The notes beneath the pieces are model-generated. The model saw nothing but the letters and a program-made list of their open reading frames with translations, had not been told where the DNA came from and ran no database searches. The position numbers and the translations under genes were made by a program. Source: Gemmatimonadota bacterium (GTDB lineage: Bacteria; Latescibacterota; UBA2968; UBA8231). Taken from it: a stretch of 42,440 nt of DNA. Below are positions 29,516 through 39,951 of this stretch, one piece after another; position 1 is the first letter of the stretch, and every line of letters begins with the position of its first letter. The stretch spans positions 1 through 42,440 of the forward strand of contig JAYOYH010000038.1 of the NCBI GenBank assembly GCA_038153405.1, given 5' to 3'.

Positions 29516-31798
29516 GTGACTGAAGAAGCCCACAACGCGCCCCCCGCGGCGCTCGATCTACTCGCCTCCGACGAACAGATTCAGTTCGCGCTTTCCACGG
29601 ACATCAAACTGGACGGCCTGTACGGTTCGGCTTGGCTATTGGCCACCAACAAGCGCCTGCTGGCCTATAGCCCCGACGGCGGCGGCCCGCCCGATATCGT
29701 CGACCTGCCGCTGAGTGAGATTACCTCTGTTGAAATAGAAGATCTGCACGGCAGCGGCGCTCTCAAGGCGCGCACGGCCGCACGCGGAGCAACCGTCGCC
29801 CTATTTTCCAAAACGCTGGGACCACAATTTGCCGACGTTCCAAAGCAAATTGAAGAGTTAGTACATCAGGCCCGACCCGAAGCGGCCGACGAGCGCATTG
29901 CCCACGGCCGTTTAGAGCGGGGCTTCCACCGCCAGCGGCGCTGCGAACGCTGCAACCAAGTCATTCCCCACCGCCTCGGCGTTTGCCCGGCCTGCCTCGA
30001 AAGCAGCAAGCTGCTGAGACGCTTTCTCAGCTACTCCGCACCCTACTGGCCGCTGGCCTTTGCCAGCCTACTCATCCTGCTTTCGGGCACCTTTATCGGC
30101 CTGACGCCGCCGCTCATGATGCGCACGCTCATCGACGACGTGCTCAAACCCGTCGCCGAAAACGGCAGCAACAGCGGCGTTGTATTGCCTTATTTGGGCG
30201 ACGTCACGGCGTCTTATGCACTCGGCACCCTCGTCGTGCTATTGCTGCTAATCAACGTCCTGCGCAACGTGCTTGGCGCTCTGCGCTCCTACCTGCTATC
30301 GCGCCTTGGCGAGCAGATCACCTACGACCTGCGCGGCGAAGTCTACCGGCATTTGCACCGCCTGTCGCTCAACTTCTACAACGACCGCGACACCGGCCGA
30401 ATCATGGCCAGCGTCACCCAAGACGTGAGCCGCCTGCAGGACTTTCTGAGCGACGGCCTGCAGGAGACGATTCGCAATATCCTGACCATTTTCATCATCG
30501 TTTCCATCTTGTTTTACCTCAATACCAACCTCGCGCTCTACGTGCTACTGCCCGTGCCTTTCATCATCTTTACCACGGTGCGCTTTGGTTCGTATCTAAA
30601 CCAACTATACCGTCCGCTCTTTCGCCGCTGGGCCGGCATTAGCGCACTGCTGTCCGACGTCGTGCCCGGCGTGCGCGTGGTCAAGGCCTTTGCCCAAGAA
30701 GAGCGCGAAGTCAGCAAGTTCGAGCGGCGCAGCCACTCGCTGCTGGAGGGCGAACTGCGCGTCGCCAAAACGCGCAGCATATTCAGTCCGCTGATGGCAT
30801 TTCTGACCTCGCTGGGCACGCTGGTTATCTGGTGGGTCGGCGGCAACAAGGTGCTCGACAGCGTGCTCACGCTGGGCGAATTCGTCGCCTTCACCAGCTA
30901 TATGTGGCAATTTTATGGACCCGTAGAAAGCCTCTGCCGTCTCAACCATCGTTTTCAGCGTGCGGCCACCTCTGCCGAGCGCGTCTTTGAGGTTCTCGAC
31001 AGCCAGCCCGACGTGGCCGATCCGCCCAGCGCGCAGACCATGGCCGAAATCGAAGGGCGCGTGGTATTCGACGACGTCAGCTTCTCTTATGAGGAGGGCA
31101 AACCGGCGCTGCGCAACCTCAGCTTTACGGTAGAACCGGGCGAGATGATCGGTCTGGCGGGCCACTCTGGCGCCGGTAAGTCGACGCTGATCAACCTGAT
31201 TTGCCGCTTCTACGAAATCGAAGAGGGCACCATCTACATCGACGGTATCGACACGCGCACCGTCAGCCTTAAGTCGATGCGCGAGCAGATCGGCGTCGTG
31301 CTGCAGGACCCATTCCTGTTCAACGGCAGCGTCGCCGACAACATCGCCTACGGCAACCCCAGCGCGTCGCTCGAGAAAGTCATCGCAGCGGCCAAGGCGG
31401 CTAACGCGCACGAATTTATCACCAACTTGCCCGACGGCTACGACTCCATCGTCGGCGAGCGCGCCGTGCGCCTATCGGGCGGCGAACGCCAGCGCCTATC
31501 CATAGCCCGCGCCATTCTGCGCGACCCGCGCATTCTCATACTCGACGAAGCTACGGCGAGCATGGATACTGAAACGGAAGCTAAAATTCAGCAGGCGCTT
31601 GCCCGTTTGATCAAAGGGCGCACGACCTTTGCCATTGCACACCGCCTATCGACTCTGCGCAATGCCGACCGACTCTTCATCATTGAGAAAGGCATGCTGC
31701 ACGAACAGGGCACGCACGACGAACTGGTCGCACAAGACGGCATCTACGCCAAACTAGTGCGCATGCAAACGGAAATGAGCCGGATCCGCGCCGTATGA
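29516..31798 (+). CDS. ABC exporter (TMD+NBD) with an N-terminal extension and Zn ribbon
   Basis: GHSGAGKS, LSGGERQR, ILDEAT, IAHRLST; TM domain; CERC..CPAC ahead of the TMD; start could alternatively be 29498. Confidence 0.9.
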   Translation: MTEEAHNAPPAALDLLASDEQIQFALSTDIKLDGLYGSAWLLATNKRLLAYSPDGGGPPDIVDLPLSEITSVEIEDLHGSGALKARTAARGATVALFSKTLGPQFADVPKQIEELVHQARPEAADERIAHGRLERGFHRQRRCERCNQVIPHRLGVCPACLESSKLLRRFLSYSAPYWPLAFASLLILLSGTFIGLTPPLMMRTLIDDVLKPVAENGSNSGVVLPYLGDVTASYALGTLVVLLLLINVLRNVLGALRSYLLSRLGEQITYDLRGEVYRHLHRLSLNFYNDRDTGRIMASVTQDVSRLQDFLSDGLQETIRNILTIFIIVSILFYLNTNLALYVLLPVPFIIFTTVRFGSYLNQLYRPLFRRWAGISALLSDVVPGVRVVKAFAQEEREVSKFERRSHSLLEGELRVAKTRSIFSPLMAFLTSLGTLVIWWVGGNKVLDSVLTLGEFVAFTSYMWQFYGPVESLCRLNHRFQRAATSAERVFEVLDSQPDVADPPSAQTMAEIEGRVVFDDVSFSYEEGKPALRNLSFTVEPGEMIGLAGHSGAGKSTLINLICRFYEIEEGTIYIDGIDTRTVSLKSMREQIGVVLQDPFLFNGSVADNIAYGNPSASLEKVIAAAKAANAHEFITNLPDGYDSIVGERAVRLSGGERQRLSIARAILRDPRILILDEATASMDTETEAKIQQALARLIKGRTTFAIAHRLSTLRNADRLFIIEKGMLHEQGTHDELVAQDGIYAKLVRMQTEMSRIRAV

Positions 31799-32307
31799 GC
31801 GAATTCGTTGAAAACGATTTCGAAGTAGTTATCTTCGACCCAAAGAATATCCATCTTCACATCGACGAATTTGCCGATCTCGTACTCGGTGTTGAGGGAA
31901 GCGAACCCGTGCGCGGCGTGCGTTTGACGCGCTGTTTCCCCATTTCTTCCGGCGATCGTCTTATCGCACTCAATGCGCACGATGGGACTGAACTGGGCCT
32001 CGTGCGCGACGTCAATGAACTCGATTCCGATAGCCAAAAGGCACTGCGCAGCGAACTGTCGCGCTCGTACTTCCGACCACAGATCCAGCGCGTTCTTTCC
32101 GTTACAGAACAATACCACGTGCCGCGTTGGGAAGTCGAGACCGACCGCGGCCCGCGCACCTTTGAAATCCGCAGCAGTCGCCGCGATATGCGCGTGCTGG
32201 CCGCCGGTCGCATTCTCATTCGCGACGCCGACGGCAATCTCTATGAGGTGCTAGACTATCGCCAACTCGATCCGCAGAGCCGCGCGTTAGTCGAAACGCA
32301 AGTCTGA
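31795..32307 (+). CDS. DUF1854 domain protein
   Basis: RCFPIS, ELGLV, EL.RSYF.PQI, WEVETDRG, IRDADG; ATGA-coupled to the ABC gene. Confidence 0.8.
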   Translation: MSEFVENDFEVVIFDPKNIHLHIDEFADLVLGVEGSEPVRGVRLTRCFPISSGDRLIALNAHDGTELGLVRDVNELDSDSQKALRSELSRSYFRPQIQRVLSVTEQYHVPRWEVETDRGPRTFEIRSSRRDMRVLAAGRILIRDADGNLYEVLDYRQLDPQSRALVETQV

Positions 32308-32356
32308 TACATTCGCGCGGCACAGCGGCCGCGCAGTTAAATACGGAAAGCGAATC

Positions 32357-33349
32357 ATGCGCGTACTCGTCACTGGCGGCACCGGCCGCGTTGGCCAAAC
32401 AGCCGTCCATCACTTGCTGTCTACGGGACATCAGGTACATATCATCGGCCTCGACGATTCTTTCGAGCTCGACGGCGTCACCTATGCTCGTTGCGATATA
32501 GATGATTTCGATGCGCTTTCTGCACACGCCAAAGGATGCGAAGGCATTGTGCACTTGGCCGCTATTCCCTATCCGGGCGGCGGCACGCCCGAGCAGCTAT
32601 TTCGCGTCAACTGCACCGGCACCTTCAACGTCTATCAAGCGGCGGCAGTCAACGGCATCGAGCGCGTCGTCAGCGCGTCGTCGATCAACGCCCTCGGATT
32701 TAACTTTGGCACGGTGCATTTCGACATTGAATACCTGCCCATTGACGAGGCACACCCCGACTTTACCACCGATGCCTATTCCTTTTCCAAGCGCATGCTC
32801 GAAGAGACGGCCGCCTACTTCTGGCGGCGCGACCGCATTACCGGCGTGCAGTTGCGCTTTCCCTTCGTCTATCTGCACGACGACAACAGCCGCTTTGCAC
32901 AGATGCGCCAGCACATGGGCCAGGCCTATGCCGAACTCGTGCAGATGGCACCCGACCAGCAGCGCCAGGCCATCGATCAGTTCTGGCAGCACTTCCTGCA
33001 CATGCGCCAAGAGCGCGCCTTTGAAAAGCCGTGGGAAGAGCGCATGCGCGACCGCGAAAAAAACGAGGACACACCGCGCCGCATGTATTTTGGCGTCTCC
33101 GACTTCTGGGCGGCCATCGACGCCCGCAACGCAGCCATCGCCATTGAAAAGGGTCTCAGCGCACCATACGAGGGCAGCCATCCGCTCTTTGTGTGCGATG
33201 CCAACAACTCCACCGGTATCGATAGCGAGACGCTAGCCGGGCTGTTCTATCCGCAGGTCGAAGCACGGCGCCAATCCATCGGGGGCACTGAGAGCCTCGT
33301 TAGCTTTGCTCGTGCCCGTCAGCTCATCGGCTACGAACCGATCTATTAA
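32357..33349 (+). CDS. NAD-dependent epimerase/dehydratase (extended SDR)
   Basis: VTGGTGRVG, VHLAA, ASS, YSFSK. Confidence 0.88.
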   Translation: MRVLVTGGTGRVGQTAVHHLLSTGHQVHIIGLDDSFELDGVTYARCDIDDFDALSAHAKGCEGIVHLAAIPYPGGGTPEQLFRVNCTGTFNVYQAAAVNGIERVVSASSINALGFNFGTVHFDIEYLPIDEAHPDFTTDAYSFSKRMLEETAAYFWRRDRITGVQLRFPFVYLHDDNSRFAQMRQHMGQAYAELVQMAPDQQRQAIDQFWQHFLHMRQERAFEKPWEERMRDREKNEDTPRRMYFGVSDFWAAIDARNAAIAIEKGLSAPYEGSHPLFVCDANNSTGIDSETLAGLFYPQVEARRQSIGGTESLVSFARARQLIGYEPIY

Positions 33350-33368
33350 ATCGCACGAGGAGGTCGTT

Positions 33369-33977
33369 TTGACGCATGCGGTAAAAGCGCTGCTCTTCGA
33401 TTTGGGCGGCGTGCTTATAGAAATTGACTTTGATCGCACCTTCCGCGCCTGGCAGGCCCTCACGCCCCTCAGTTCGGCCGAGATAAAAGAGCGCTTCTAC
33501 TTCGACGAGGCCTACCAGCGGCACGAGCGCGGCGAGATTGACAGGGCGGCCTACTTTGATCATCTGCGCACCGCACTAGACTTGAAGGGCAGCGACGAGC
33601 AGATTGCCGAGGGCTGGAACGCGCTATTCATCGCCGATATACCCGCGGTGCTAGGCGCCGTTGAGCGCGTAGCTGCCCACATTCCGTGCTACGCCTTCAC
33701 CAATACCAACGCCGAGCACCAGCGCGCGTGGTCGACGCAGTTTCCGCACGTCACCCCGCTCTTTCGCCGCGTGTTCTCCTCCTGGCAGTTGGGCCTGCGC
33801 AAGCCGGAGCACGAAGCCTTTCTCTGCATTGCCCAGCAGATCGACGTTCCCTGCGAATCCATTCTTTTTTTCGACGACACACTTGAAAACGTCGAGCACG
33901 CGCGACTCGCCGGACTCCAAGCCGTGCACGTGCGCCATGCCGCCGATGTGGAAAACGCGCTGGCGCAGCACTGCTAA
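33369..33977 (+). CDS. HAD-family phosphatase (YihX-like)
   Basis: LFDLGGV, TNTN, RKPE, FFDD..ENV; GAGGAGG before TTG. Confidence 0.87.
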   Translation: MTHAVKALLFDLGGVLIEIDFDRTFRAWQALTPLSSAEIKERFYFDEAYQRHERGEIDRAAYFDHLRTALDLKGSDEQIAEGWNALFIADIPAVLGAVERVAAHIPCYAFTNTNAEHQRAWSTQFPHVTPLFRRVFSSWQLGLRKPEHEAFLCIAQQIDVPCESILFFDDTLENVEHARLAGLQAVHVRHAADVENALAQHC

Positions 33978-34047
33978 GACCGAGCATTTTTAAAATTCAG
34001 CCTAAGCTCGATGCAATTGCATTACTAGGGTAAAGAGCCCGGCCTCC

Positions 34048-34321
34048 GTGCACATCAACCTCGATCTCTTTGACGGGGTCGAAGTGGACGCGCGAGGGCG
34101 AGCGCCATATCAATATCGACGCCCCGCTCTTCTACGAATCGCTGCAGTGGATGCGACTGCTGATTTACCTCGCGATATGACCAGGATGGCGCTGCCGGTT
34201 GGCTTAGCCCTGCTTGCCAACCACCAGGACATTCGCATTCCGCTGATCATCGCTGGCACTCTACACCTTCGGGCAGAAGTCCTTCGTGCGCGGCATTGCG
34301 CTGACGGATATGAAGGGCTAA
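34048..34321 (+). pseudogene. frameshifted 3' remnant of a carbohydrate ABC transporter permease (MalG-like)
   Basis: DLFD..EVD (EAA-like), W..LLIYL, ALPVGLA, IPLII, and in another frame LYTFGQKSFVRGIALTDMKG-stop. Confidence 0.6.
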
Positions 34322-34327
34322 AGGCCG

Positions 34328-35482
34328 CTAGCTCGTTGGCCGAAGCACGCGTGCAATAGCCCCCATTCCGGCGGCAACGTCTTCTGCCAGCAGACTGAGG
34401 ACCCAATAGCTGCCGCCGGTAAAGTCGTAGAAATAGCCCGGATGGACCAACGCGCCCTCGCGCTCCAGCAGGGTTAGCGCCAGCGCCTCTTCGTCGCCCT
34501 CGATGCGCAGCACGCCGTACCAGCCTCCTTCGCTGTTGATGACCTCGACCCCGTCAATTCCAGCCCATAGCAGTCGGTAGTTTGTTCGCACGCGCGCTAG
34601 CACGGTTGCCTGTATCGCATCACACGATGCCATCAGTGCGGGCAGAGCCTGCTGTATGCCACTGCCCACAGACAGATACGTGTCGGCGGCAATTTCTAGG
34701 CGTGCCAACGCCTCGTCGCGCAGAGCCGAATCGCCGCCTACGGCCATCCAGCTCAGCTTGGCCTGCGGCAGGGCCAGCGCCTTGGACAAGCCACCCAGCG
34801 CCACGTGCAGCCCGCGTCCCTCGTTGGCAAAGGAGACGCCTCGCTGCGTTCCCAGCGGATAGTCGAAGAACACCTCGTCGGACAGAATGGCTATTCCGCA
34901 TTCGCAGCACAGCGCTTCAACGGCCATGCGCTCCTCGGCGCTGAGATACGAACCCGTTGGATTGTTGGGATTGACCAATACGACGGCGCGCGTGCGCCCA
35001 TCCACGGCCGCAGCTAGCCGGTCTAGGTCGAGCGACCAGCGCGCGCCGTCATAGCGCAGCGGATAATAGCCCAGCTCTATGCCCTCTAAATCGGCCAGAT
35101 ACTGCAAGAGCGGATAGCTTGGACGCGGCACCAGCACGCGATCGCCCGGATCGGCCAGCACCTTGAAGAGCAGGGCATATGCCTCGCTCGTGCTGCTGGT
35201 CAGCAGCAGGCGATCCGCGCCGACATCGATGTCACGCGCCGCATAGTACGCGCTTACGGCGCGCCGTGCTTCGAGCAACCCGCGCGCGTCCGGCGCATAG
35301 CGACCGCAGTCTACATCGCGCAGCGCATTCCATATGTCATCGGGGTATGCCAGACCGGCGCGGGTCGGATTGGACAGGGTCAGATCTATGACGGGCAGGC
35401 CGCGCGCGCGCCGTTGCGCCAGCGCCGCACTGAGCGCGTTGGGTCGGCGCGGCCACGACGTGCGCTGCGAAAAATTCACCAC
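34328..35482 (-). CDS. PLP-dependent aminotransferase class I/II
   Basis: IDLTLSNPT, STSEAY, PSYP, VNPNNPTG, SDEVF.DY, GLSKAL; GTG start inferred. Confidence 0.88.
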   Translation of the reverse strand: MVNFSQRTSWPRRPNALSAALAQRRARGLPVIDLTLSNPTRAGLAYPDDIWNALRDVDCGRYAPDARGLLEARRAVSAYYAARDIDVGADRLLLTSSTSEAYALLFKVLADPGDRVLVPRPSYPLLQYLADLEGIELGYYPLRYDGARWSLDLDRLAAAVDGRTRAVVLVNPNNPTGSYLSAEERMAVEALCCECGIAILSDEVFFDYPLGTQRGVSFANEGRGLHVALGGLSKALALPQAKLSWMAVGGDSALRDEALARLEIAADTYLSVGSGIQQALPALMASCDAIQATVLARVRTNYRLLWAGIDGVEVINSEGGWYGVLRIEGDEEALALTLLEREGALVHPGYFYDFTGGSYWVLSLLAEDVAAGMGAIARVLRPTS

Positions 35483-35504
35483 CAACAGCCCTCGCCATGA
35501 AGTG

Positions 35505-36461
35505 CTACAGCCATTGTGCAAACAGTGCGTAGGCGCGCTCGCGCATGGCCGAGGGAAAATCGTGCGCACAGTCGGGATGTTCGACCCATAGCCGATCTTC
35601 GGCCCCGCAGAGCGCGTAGACGCGGCGAGCCGCCGCCGCAATAGCATCGACACTCTGCCAGTCAAAATTGTCGTCGTGCAGAGGCGCCGAGGCGAAGAAC
35701 GGACGCGGCGCCAGTGCCGCCACCATATCGTGAAAGTCAAAGGGAATCGCGGCTAGCGCATACTCTTTCAACCGCGGCATGTAGCACGAAGAGGTCCAGC
35801 CGGTGATATCGCCGTCCTTGTATACCTGATAGGAGTCAAATCCGCAGCTCGATACGACCGCCGCTAAGCGCCGGTCAAAGACCGCCGTATATATCGCATT
35901 GTGCCCGCCCAGCGAGTGACCGATAGCGCCGAACCCGCCTCTGTGCACCTCGTCCATGCTCTCCAACAGATCCAACCCGCGCACGTTGTCCCAGATCGCC
36001 TTCATCGTCCCGCTCGCATAACCCAGTGCCTGCCAGTCAGGGCGATACTGCGCCAGATGTGGGTAGGAGGGAGCCAGCGCTACAAAACCGCGCTCGGCCA
36101 GTTCGCTGGCATAAGCGCGGTTCGCCTTGCCACCGAGACCGACGACGACCTGATGACCTATCGCATTATCCGTTGGGTGCAGGCAGAGCACAGCGGGAAA
36201 CGGGCCCGGCCCCTTGGGCATCAGCAGGTAGGCCGGCACGCGCTCACCCGGCTCGCTCGCATAGTCGATCAGCCGGCGCACATAGCGGCCGCAGTCGATC
36301 TCTTCCCGCATGCGCACGTCTAGCGAGCAGCGCTTTTCCTCGCCCGGCAGCGCTCCCATGACCTCCTGCATAGCGGCCAACACCCGCGCGCGCTTAACCT
36401 CCCATGCGGCACGAGATGGCAGGGCGATGGGTTGGCCTGCCGCATTCACTAATTGGTTCAA
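35505..36461 (-). CDS. alpha/beta hydrolase (dienelactone hydrolase/esterase-like)
   Basis: GHSLGG nucleophile elbow, LAPRP, HDF. Confidence 0.85.
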   Translation of the reverse strand: MNQLVNAAGQPIALPSRAAWEVKRARVLAAMQEVMGALPGEEKRCSLDVRMREEIDCGRYVRRLIDYASEPGERVPAYLLMPKGPGPFPAVLCLHPTDNAIGHQVVVGLGGKANRAYASELAERGFVALAPSYPHLAQYRPDWQALGYASGTMKAIWDNVRGLDLLESMDEVHRGGFGAIGHSLGGHNAIYTAVFDRRLAAVVSSCGFDSYQVYKDGDITGWTSSCYMPRLKEYALAAIPFDFHDMVAALAPRPFFASAPLHDDNFDWQSVDAIAAAARRVYALCGAEDRLWVEHPDCAHDFPSAMRERAYALFAQWL

Positions 36462-36474
36462 TGCCAGCCGTCCT

Positions 36475-37824
36475 TCAGTTGCTATAGGCGACCGTGCCGC
36501 GCGCGCCCACTGGGTAGCTCCAGCGCTCTAAGTATACCGGTCCGGGTAAAAAATCGTCGCCGCGCGCCGCTAGCTGCTGCTGTAGGTCTCCTTCTAACTG
36601 GCGCCACACCGCATCGTATTCAGCGGCGCCCAATAGGTTGTTCTGCTGATAGGGATCGGCCTCGTTGTCGTAGAGCAGCCACGGCCCCTCCAGCGAGCGC
36701 ACGTAGGTGTAGCGCGCCGTCCGCAGGCCGCGAAAGGAGCGGCCGCCGGCGCCGGGCCACCACTGGCCAAACGGATGCGGACACTGCAAAAAGGCCACTC
36801 CATCGGAAGGATCTTCGCCGCCGCCCATATAGCCAGAAAAATCGCGGCCCTGCACCGTTGCGGGAATATCCAAACCGCATAAGCTCAGCACCGTTGGCAT
36901 GATGTCCGGAATATCGATGGGGGCATCCAGCACGCGTCCATCGCGACCAAACGCAGCTGGATATCGCAGCAGGAAAGGCACGCGCACCGATTCATCCCAC
37001 GGCTTTTGCTTGTTGTTCATGCCGTGCGAGCCAACCATATCGCCGTGGTCGGAGAAAAAGAGGAAGATCGTATCGTCGGCTAGGCCCTTTTCATCCAGCG
37101 TTTCCAGCAAATCCCCCGCGCACGCGTCCAGCGCCGTGCAGTGCGCGTAGTAGCCGGCCAGCCACTGGCGCGCCGTATCGGCAAAGGCGGGCGGCACGTT
37201 GGGCCGCAGCTCCAGTTCCTGTGGGTCGTAGAGCGCGCGAAACGCTTCGGGTGCCGTCGGATAGGGATCGTGCGGCGGCCCCCAAGACAGCACCATTAGA
37301 AAAGGCTTTTCGCCGCTGTGATCGCGCAGATAGGCCTGTGCATCGCGCGTCTGCTCAATGGCGTCGTATCCATCCCAGCGCAGCTTTTCGTCGGAATCGC
37401 CCGCGTAGTAGAACGAGTTGTTATAGTCGTGCGTGCACTCGAGCACCTTCCAATAGTCAAAGCCCTGGCGCCGCTCGGGTGGTATGTAGTTGGAGCGGCC
37501 GCGGCCGTCGACGTGCCACTTGCCGATATAAGCCGTGTCGTAGCCCCCCGCCGCAAAGGCCTGGGCGATGCTCGTGGCTCGATCGCTCAGCGGCACGTCG
37601 TTGACAATCACTCGATGCTCAAGCGGCCACTGCCCCGTCAGCAGCGAGGCGCGTGCCGGACAGCACACCGGACAACCCGAGACGGCGTTGCGAAAGTTCA
37701 CGCTCTCAGCCGCCAGCCCATCCAGATGGGGCGTCTGCACATTGGCATCGCCGGCATAGCCCAGCGCCTGTGCGCGCCACTGATCGCCAAAGACCAAGAT
37801 CACATTGGGTTTTTTATCGTTCAT
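36475..37824 (-). CDS. Cys-type sulfatase
   Basis: PNVILVFGDQWR, CCPARASLLTG, GKWH, PPHDP, SDHGDM. Confidence 0.92.
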   Translation of the reverse strand: MNDKKPNVILVFGDQWRAQALGYAGDANVQTPHLDGLAAESVNFRNAVSGCPVCCPARASLLTGQWPLEHRVIVNDVPLSDRATSIAQAFAAGGYDTAYIGKWHVDGRGRSNYIPPERRQGFDYWKVLECTHDYNNSFYYAGDSDEKLRWDGYDAIEQTRDAQAYLRDHSGEKPFLMVLSWGPPHDPYPTAPEAFRALYDPQELELRPNVPPAFADTARQWLAGYYAHCTALDACAGDLLETLDEKGLADDTIFLFFSDHGDMVGSHGMNNKQKPWDESVRVPFLLRYPAAFGRDGRVLDAPIDIPDIMPTVLSLCGLDIPATVQGRDFSGYMGGGEDPSDGVAFLQCPHPFGQWWPGAGGRSFRGLRTARYTYVRSLEGPWLLYDNEADPYQQNNLLGAAEYDAVWRQLEGDLQQQLAARGDDFLPGPVYLERWSYPVGARGTVAYSN

Positions 37825-37846
37825 ACGTTTTCCTCTAATCGCTCCT

Positions 37847-39136
37847 TTACTGCCTGGCATCGATCCACTTGAGCACGAACTCGCCAAAGAGCGAATTAGC
37901 CCAGGCAAACCAGGGCCGGGTAAACTGCTGCGGATCGTCGGGATGAAAACCCTCGTGCATATACTCGGTGCCCGCGTCCGTGCGCTCCAGCATATCGACG
38001 AGTGCGTTCATCTCTCCTAAATCGTTTGACGTCAATCCCTGTATACACAGGCTGATCGGCCAAATATAGCCGTCCGGCGTGTGCGGACTTCCCACTCCGC
38101 GCGCGTATTTCCCCTCGTGGTAGTAGGGGTTATCCGCGCTCAGCACAAAGCGGCGCGTATTCTGATAGAGCGGATCATCGACCGACGCGTAGCCCAAGTA
38201 GGCGATAGACAGCAGGCTGGGCACGTTGGCATCGTCCATCAAATTGTAGTGGCCCATGCCGTCCGTCTCGTAGGCGTAGATCGCGCCAAATTTTTCGTGC
38301 TCATAGAATGCGTGGGCAGCAATACCCGAATCAATCTCTGCGCGCAAGTCTGCAGCGCGCTGCGCCAGGACATCGTCCGCATACACTTGGCGCACGATTT
38401 GCTCGCCGTAGCCCAGCACCACAACGGCAAACATATTCGACGGCACCAAATAGCCATAGGCGCAGGCGTCGTCGCTCGGACGAAAGCCCGACCACGTCAT
38501 ACCGGTATGGGCAACAGGCGTTCCCAACCCATCGTGCGTCAGCGTATCGCTGGGCGGCCCACTAAAGCGTTGAAAGCGATAGGGCGAATCCGAACCGTGG
38601 TTTTGCTCAACGCGCCACAGGTTGATAACTGCCTCGAACATCGCCTTCCACGCCGCGTCAAAAATCTGCGTTCTGCCCGTCGCCTGCCAATAGAGATAGC
38701 TCAGCTGAATGGGATAGCACAGCGAGTCGATCTCGTATTTGCGCTCCCATACCCACGGGTTGCGCTCGGTCTCGTCTACTTCCCAACACTGGCCATTAGC
38801 CTCGCGGTTAAAGGCGTTGGCATAGGGATCGATACCCACGTACATCACCTGGCGCGCAATAAGCCCTTCAATAATGCGCTGCACATCGGCGTCCCCTGCA
38901 GCCAGCGGCACGTAGTGGCGCACCTGCGCCGTCGAGTCGCGCAGCCACATGGCCGGAATATCGCCGGTAAACACGTAGCTCGTGCCGTCGGCAACCAGTT
39001 GGGTGGTCGTCTCTAGCGTGTTGGGATAGCAGCGGCGAAACATCCGCGCCAGCTTGGGACGATCGCCGAGCCTCTCTTCGACTTCGACTATTTTTTCGCG
39101 CACGGCGCGCGGCAGTGCCAGTTCGCTCTCCTTCAC
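37847..39136 (-). CDS. glycoside hydrolase family 125 (exo-alpha-1,6-mannosidase-like)
   Basis: TGDIPAMWLRDS, DPYANAF, ERKYEIDS, FRPSDD, MDDANVPSLL, GSPH, MHE, FAWANSLF; GTGA overlap with the upstream gene. Confidence 0.92.
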   Translation of the reverse strand: MKESELALPRAVREKIVEVEERLGDRPKLARMFRRCYPNTLETTTQLVADGTSYVFTGDIPAMWLRDSTAQVRHYVPLAAGDADVQRIIEGLIARQVMYVGIDPYANAFNREANGQCWEVDETERNPWVWERKYEIDSLCYPIQLSYLYWQATGRTQIFDAAWKAMFEAVINLWRVEQNHGSDSPYRFQRFSGPPSDTLTHDGLGTPVAHTGMTWSGFRPSDDACAYGYLVPSNMFAVVVLGYGEQIVRQVYADDVLAQRAADLRAEIDSGIAAHAFYEHEKFGAIYAYETDGMGHYNLMDDANVPSLLSIAYLGYASVDDPLYQNTRRFVLSADNPYYHEGKYARGVGSPHTPDGYIWPISLCIQGLTSNDLGEMNALVDMLERTDAGTEYMHEGFHPDDPQQFTRPWFAWANSLFGEFVLKWIDARQ

Positions 39137-39939
39137 GGCTGGTGCTCCGTATTGATGGGCGCCTCGCCCTTTTCCAAAAAGCGCTCGATCGTGTTGCTCG
39201 TGGCAGGACTGGTGCGGAAGTCGGCGATCCACGGCTCGCGAAAGTAGGCTTGGCGCTCGCGCGACAGCCCCGCGATAATTTCCGGTGCCAGCGTCAGGCG
39301 ATGCCAGTGCGTAGCCAGATGCGCATAGGCGAAAAACACGGCTACGCGCGGCGTTTCGCGCTGCCAAACAGGCCCGGCGTGACACAGGTTCTCCGTAAAG
39401 AACAGCGCGCTGCCGGCCGGACAGGAATAGCCGCGCAGAAACGGACTGCGCTTGCCCTCTTCCAGCGACATGTGATCGGGGTGCATGGGAAAGTTCGACT
39501 TGTGGCTGCCGGGAATAAAGACCGTGGCCCCGTCCTTCTCGTCGATATCCGTTAGTTCAAAGGCCACCCGCACCATACCGGCGTGAATGCGCCCATTCTG
39601 CACGCGATAGCCAAAGATCGGATCGATTTGCTGCGGCCCACCGCCATGTAGGTCACCGTGGCGCTCGCCCTGTTCGCGCACCATCGAAAAGGCGCCCTCC
39701 AGGCGAATATTGGGACCAATGATCTCGTGCAGCACCTCGATTACTTTGGGATGGTCGATGAGTATCTGCGAAGCACCGCCGGGCACGGACCGCTCGTGCG
39801 GGGCCAACGACTGCGGATCGCGCTTCATCCGCTCGACTTGGTCTTTGATCTCGGCGATCTCATCGGCGGTCAAAATAGCCTCGCGCAGCAGGTAGCCGTT
39901 GAGGTCAAAGCGAAACTTCTCTTCGTCGGTCATGCCCAT
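39133..39939 (-). CDS. PhyH-family Fe(II)/2OG oxygenase with a non-canonical HxG motif
   Basis: FDLNGY, DHP, LHGGG, ELTD...DGAT.FIPGSHK, ENLCHAG, PRVA. Confidence 0.85.
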   Translation of the reverse strand: MGMTDEEKFRFDLNGYLLREAILTADEIAEIKDQVERMKRDPQSLAPHERSVPGGASQILIDHPKVIEVLHEIIGPNIRLEGAFSMVREQGERHGDLHGGGPQQIDPIFGYRVQNGRIHAGMVRVAFELTDIDEKDGATVFIPGSHKSNFPMHPDHMSLEEGKRSPFLRGYSCPAGSALFFTENLCHAGPVWQRETPRVAVFFAYAHLATHWHRLTLAPEIIAGLSRERQAYFREPWIADFRTSPATSNTIERFLEKGEAPINTEHQP

Positions 39940-39951
39940 GGTGTGTGGCTC

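Noticed and set aside
38081..39016. 311-aa plus-strand ORF (also 26095-26901 and 13406-14233)
   Set aside because: Antisense to well-supported GH125, GH130 and trpD/trpC genes
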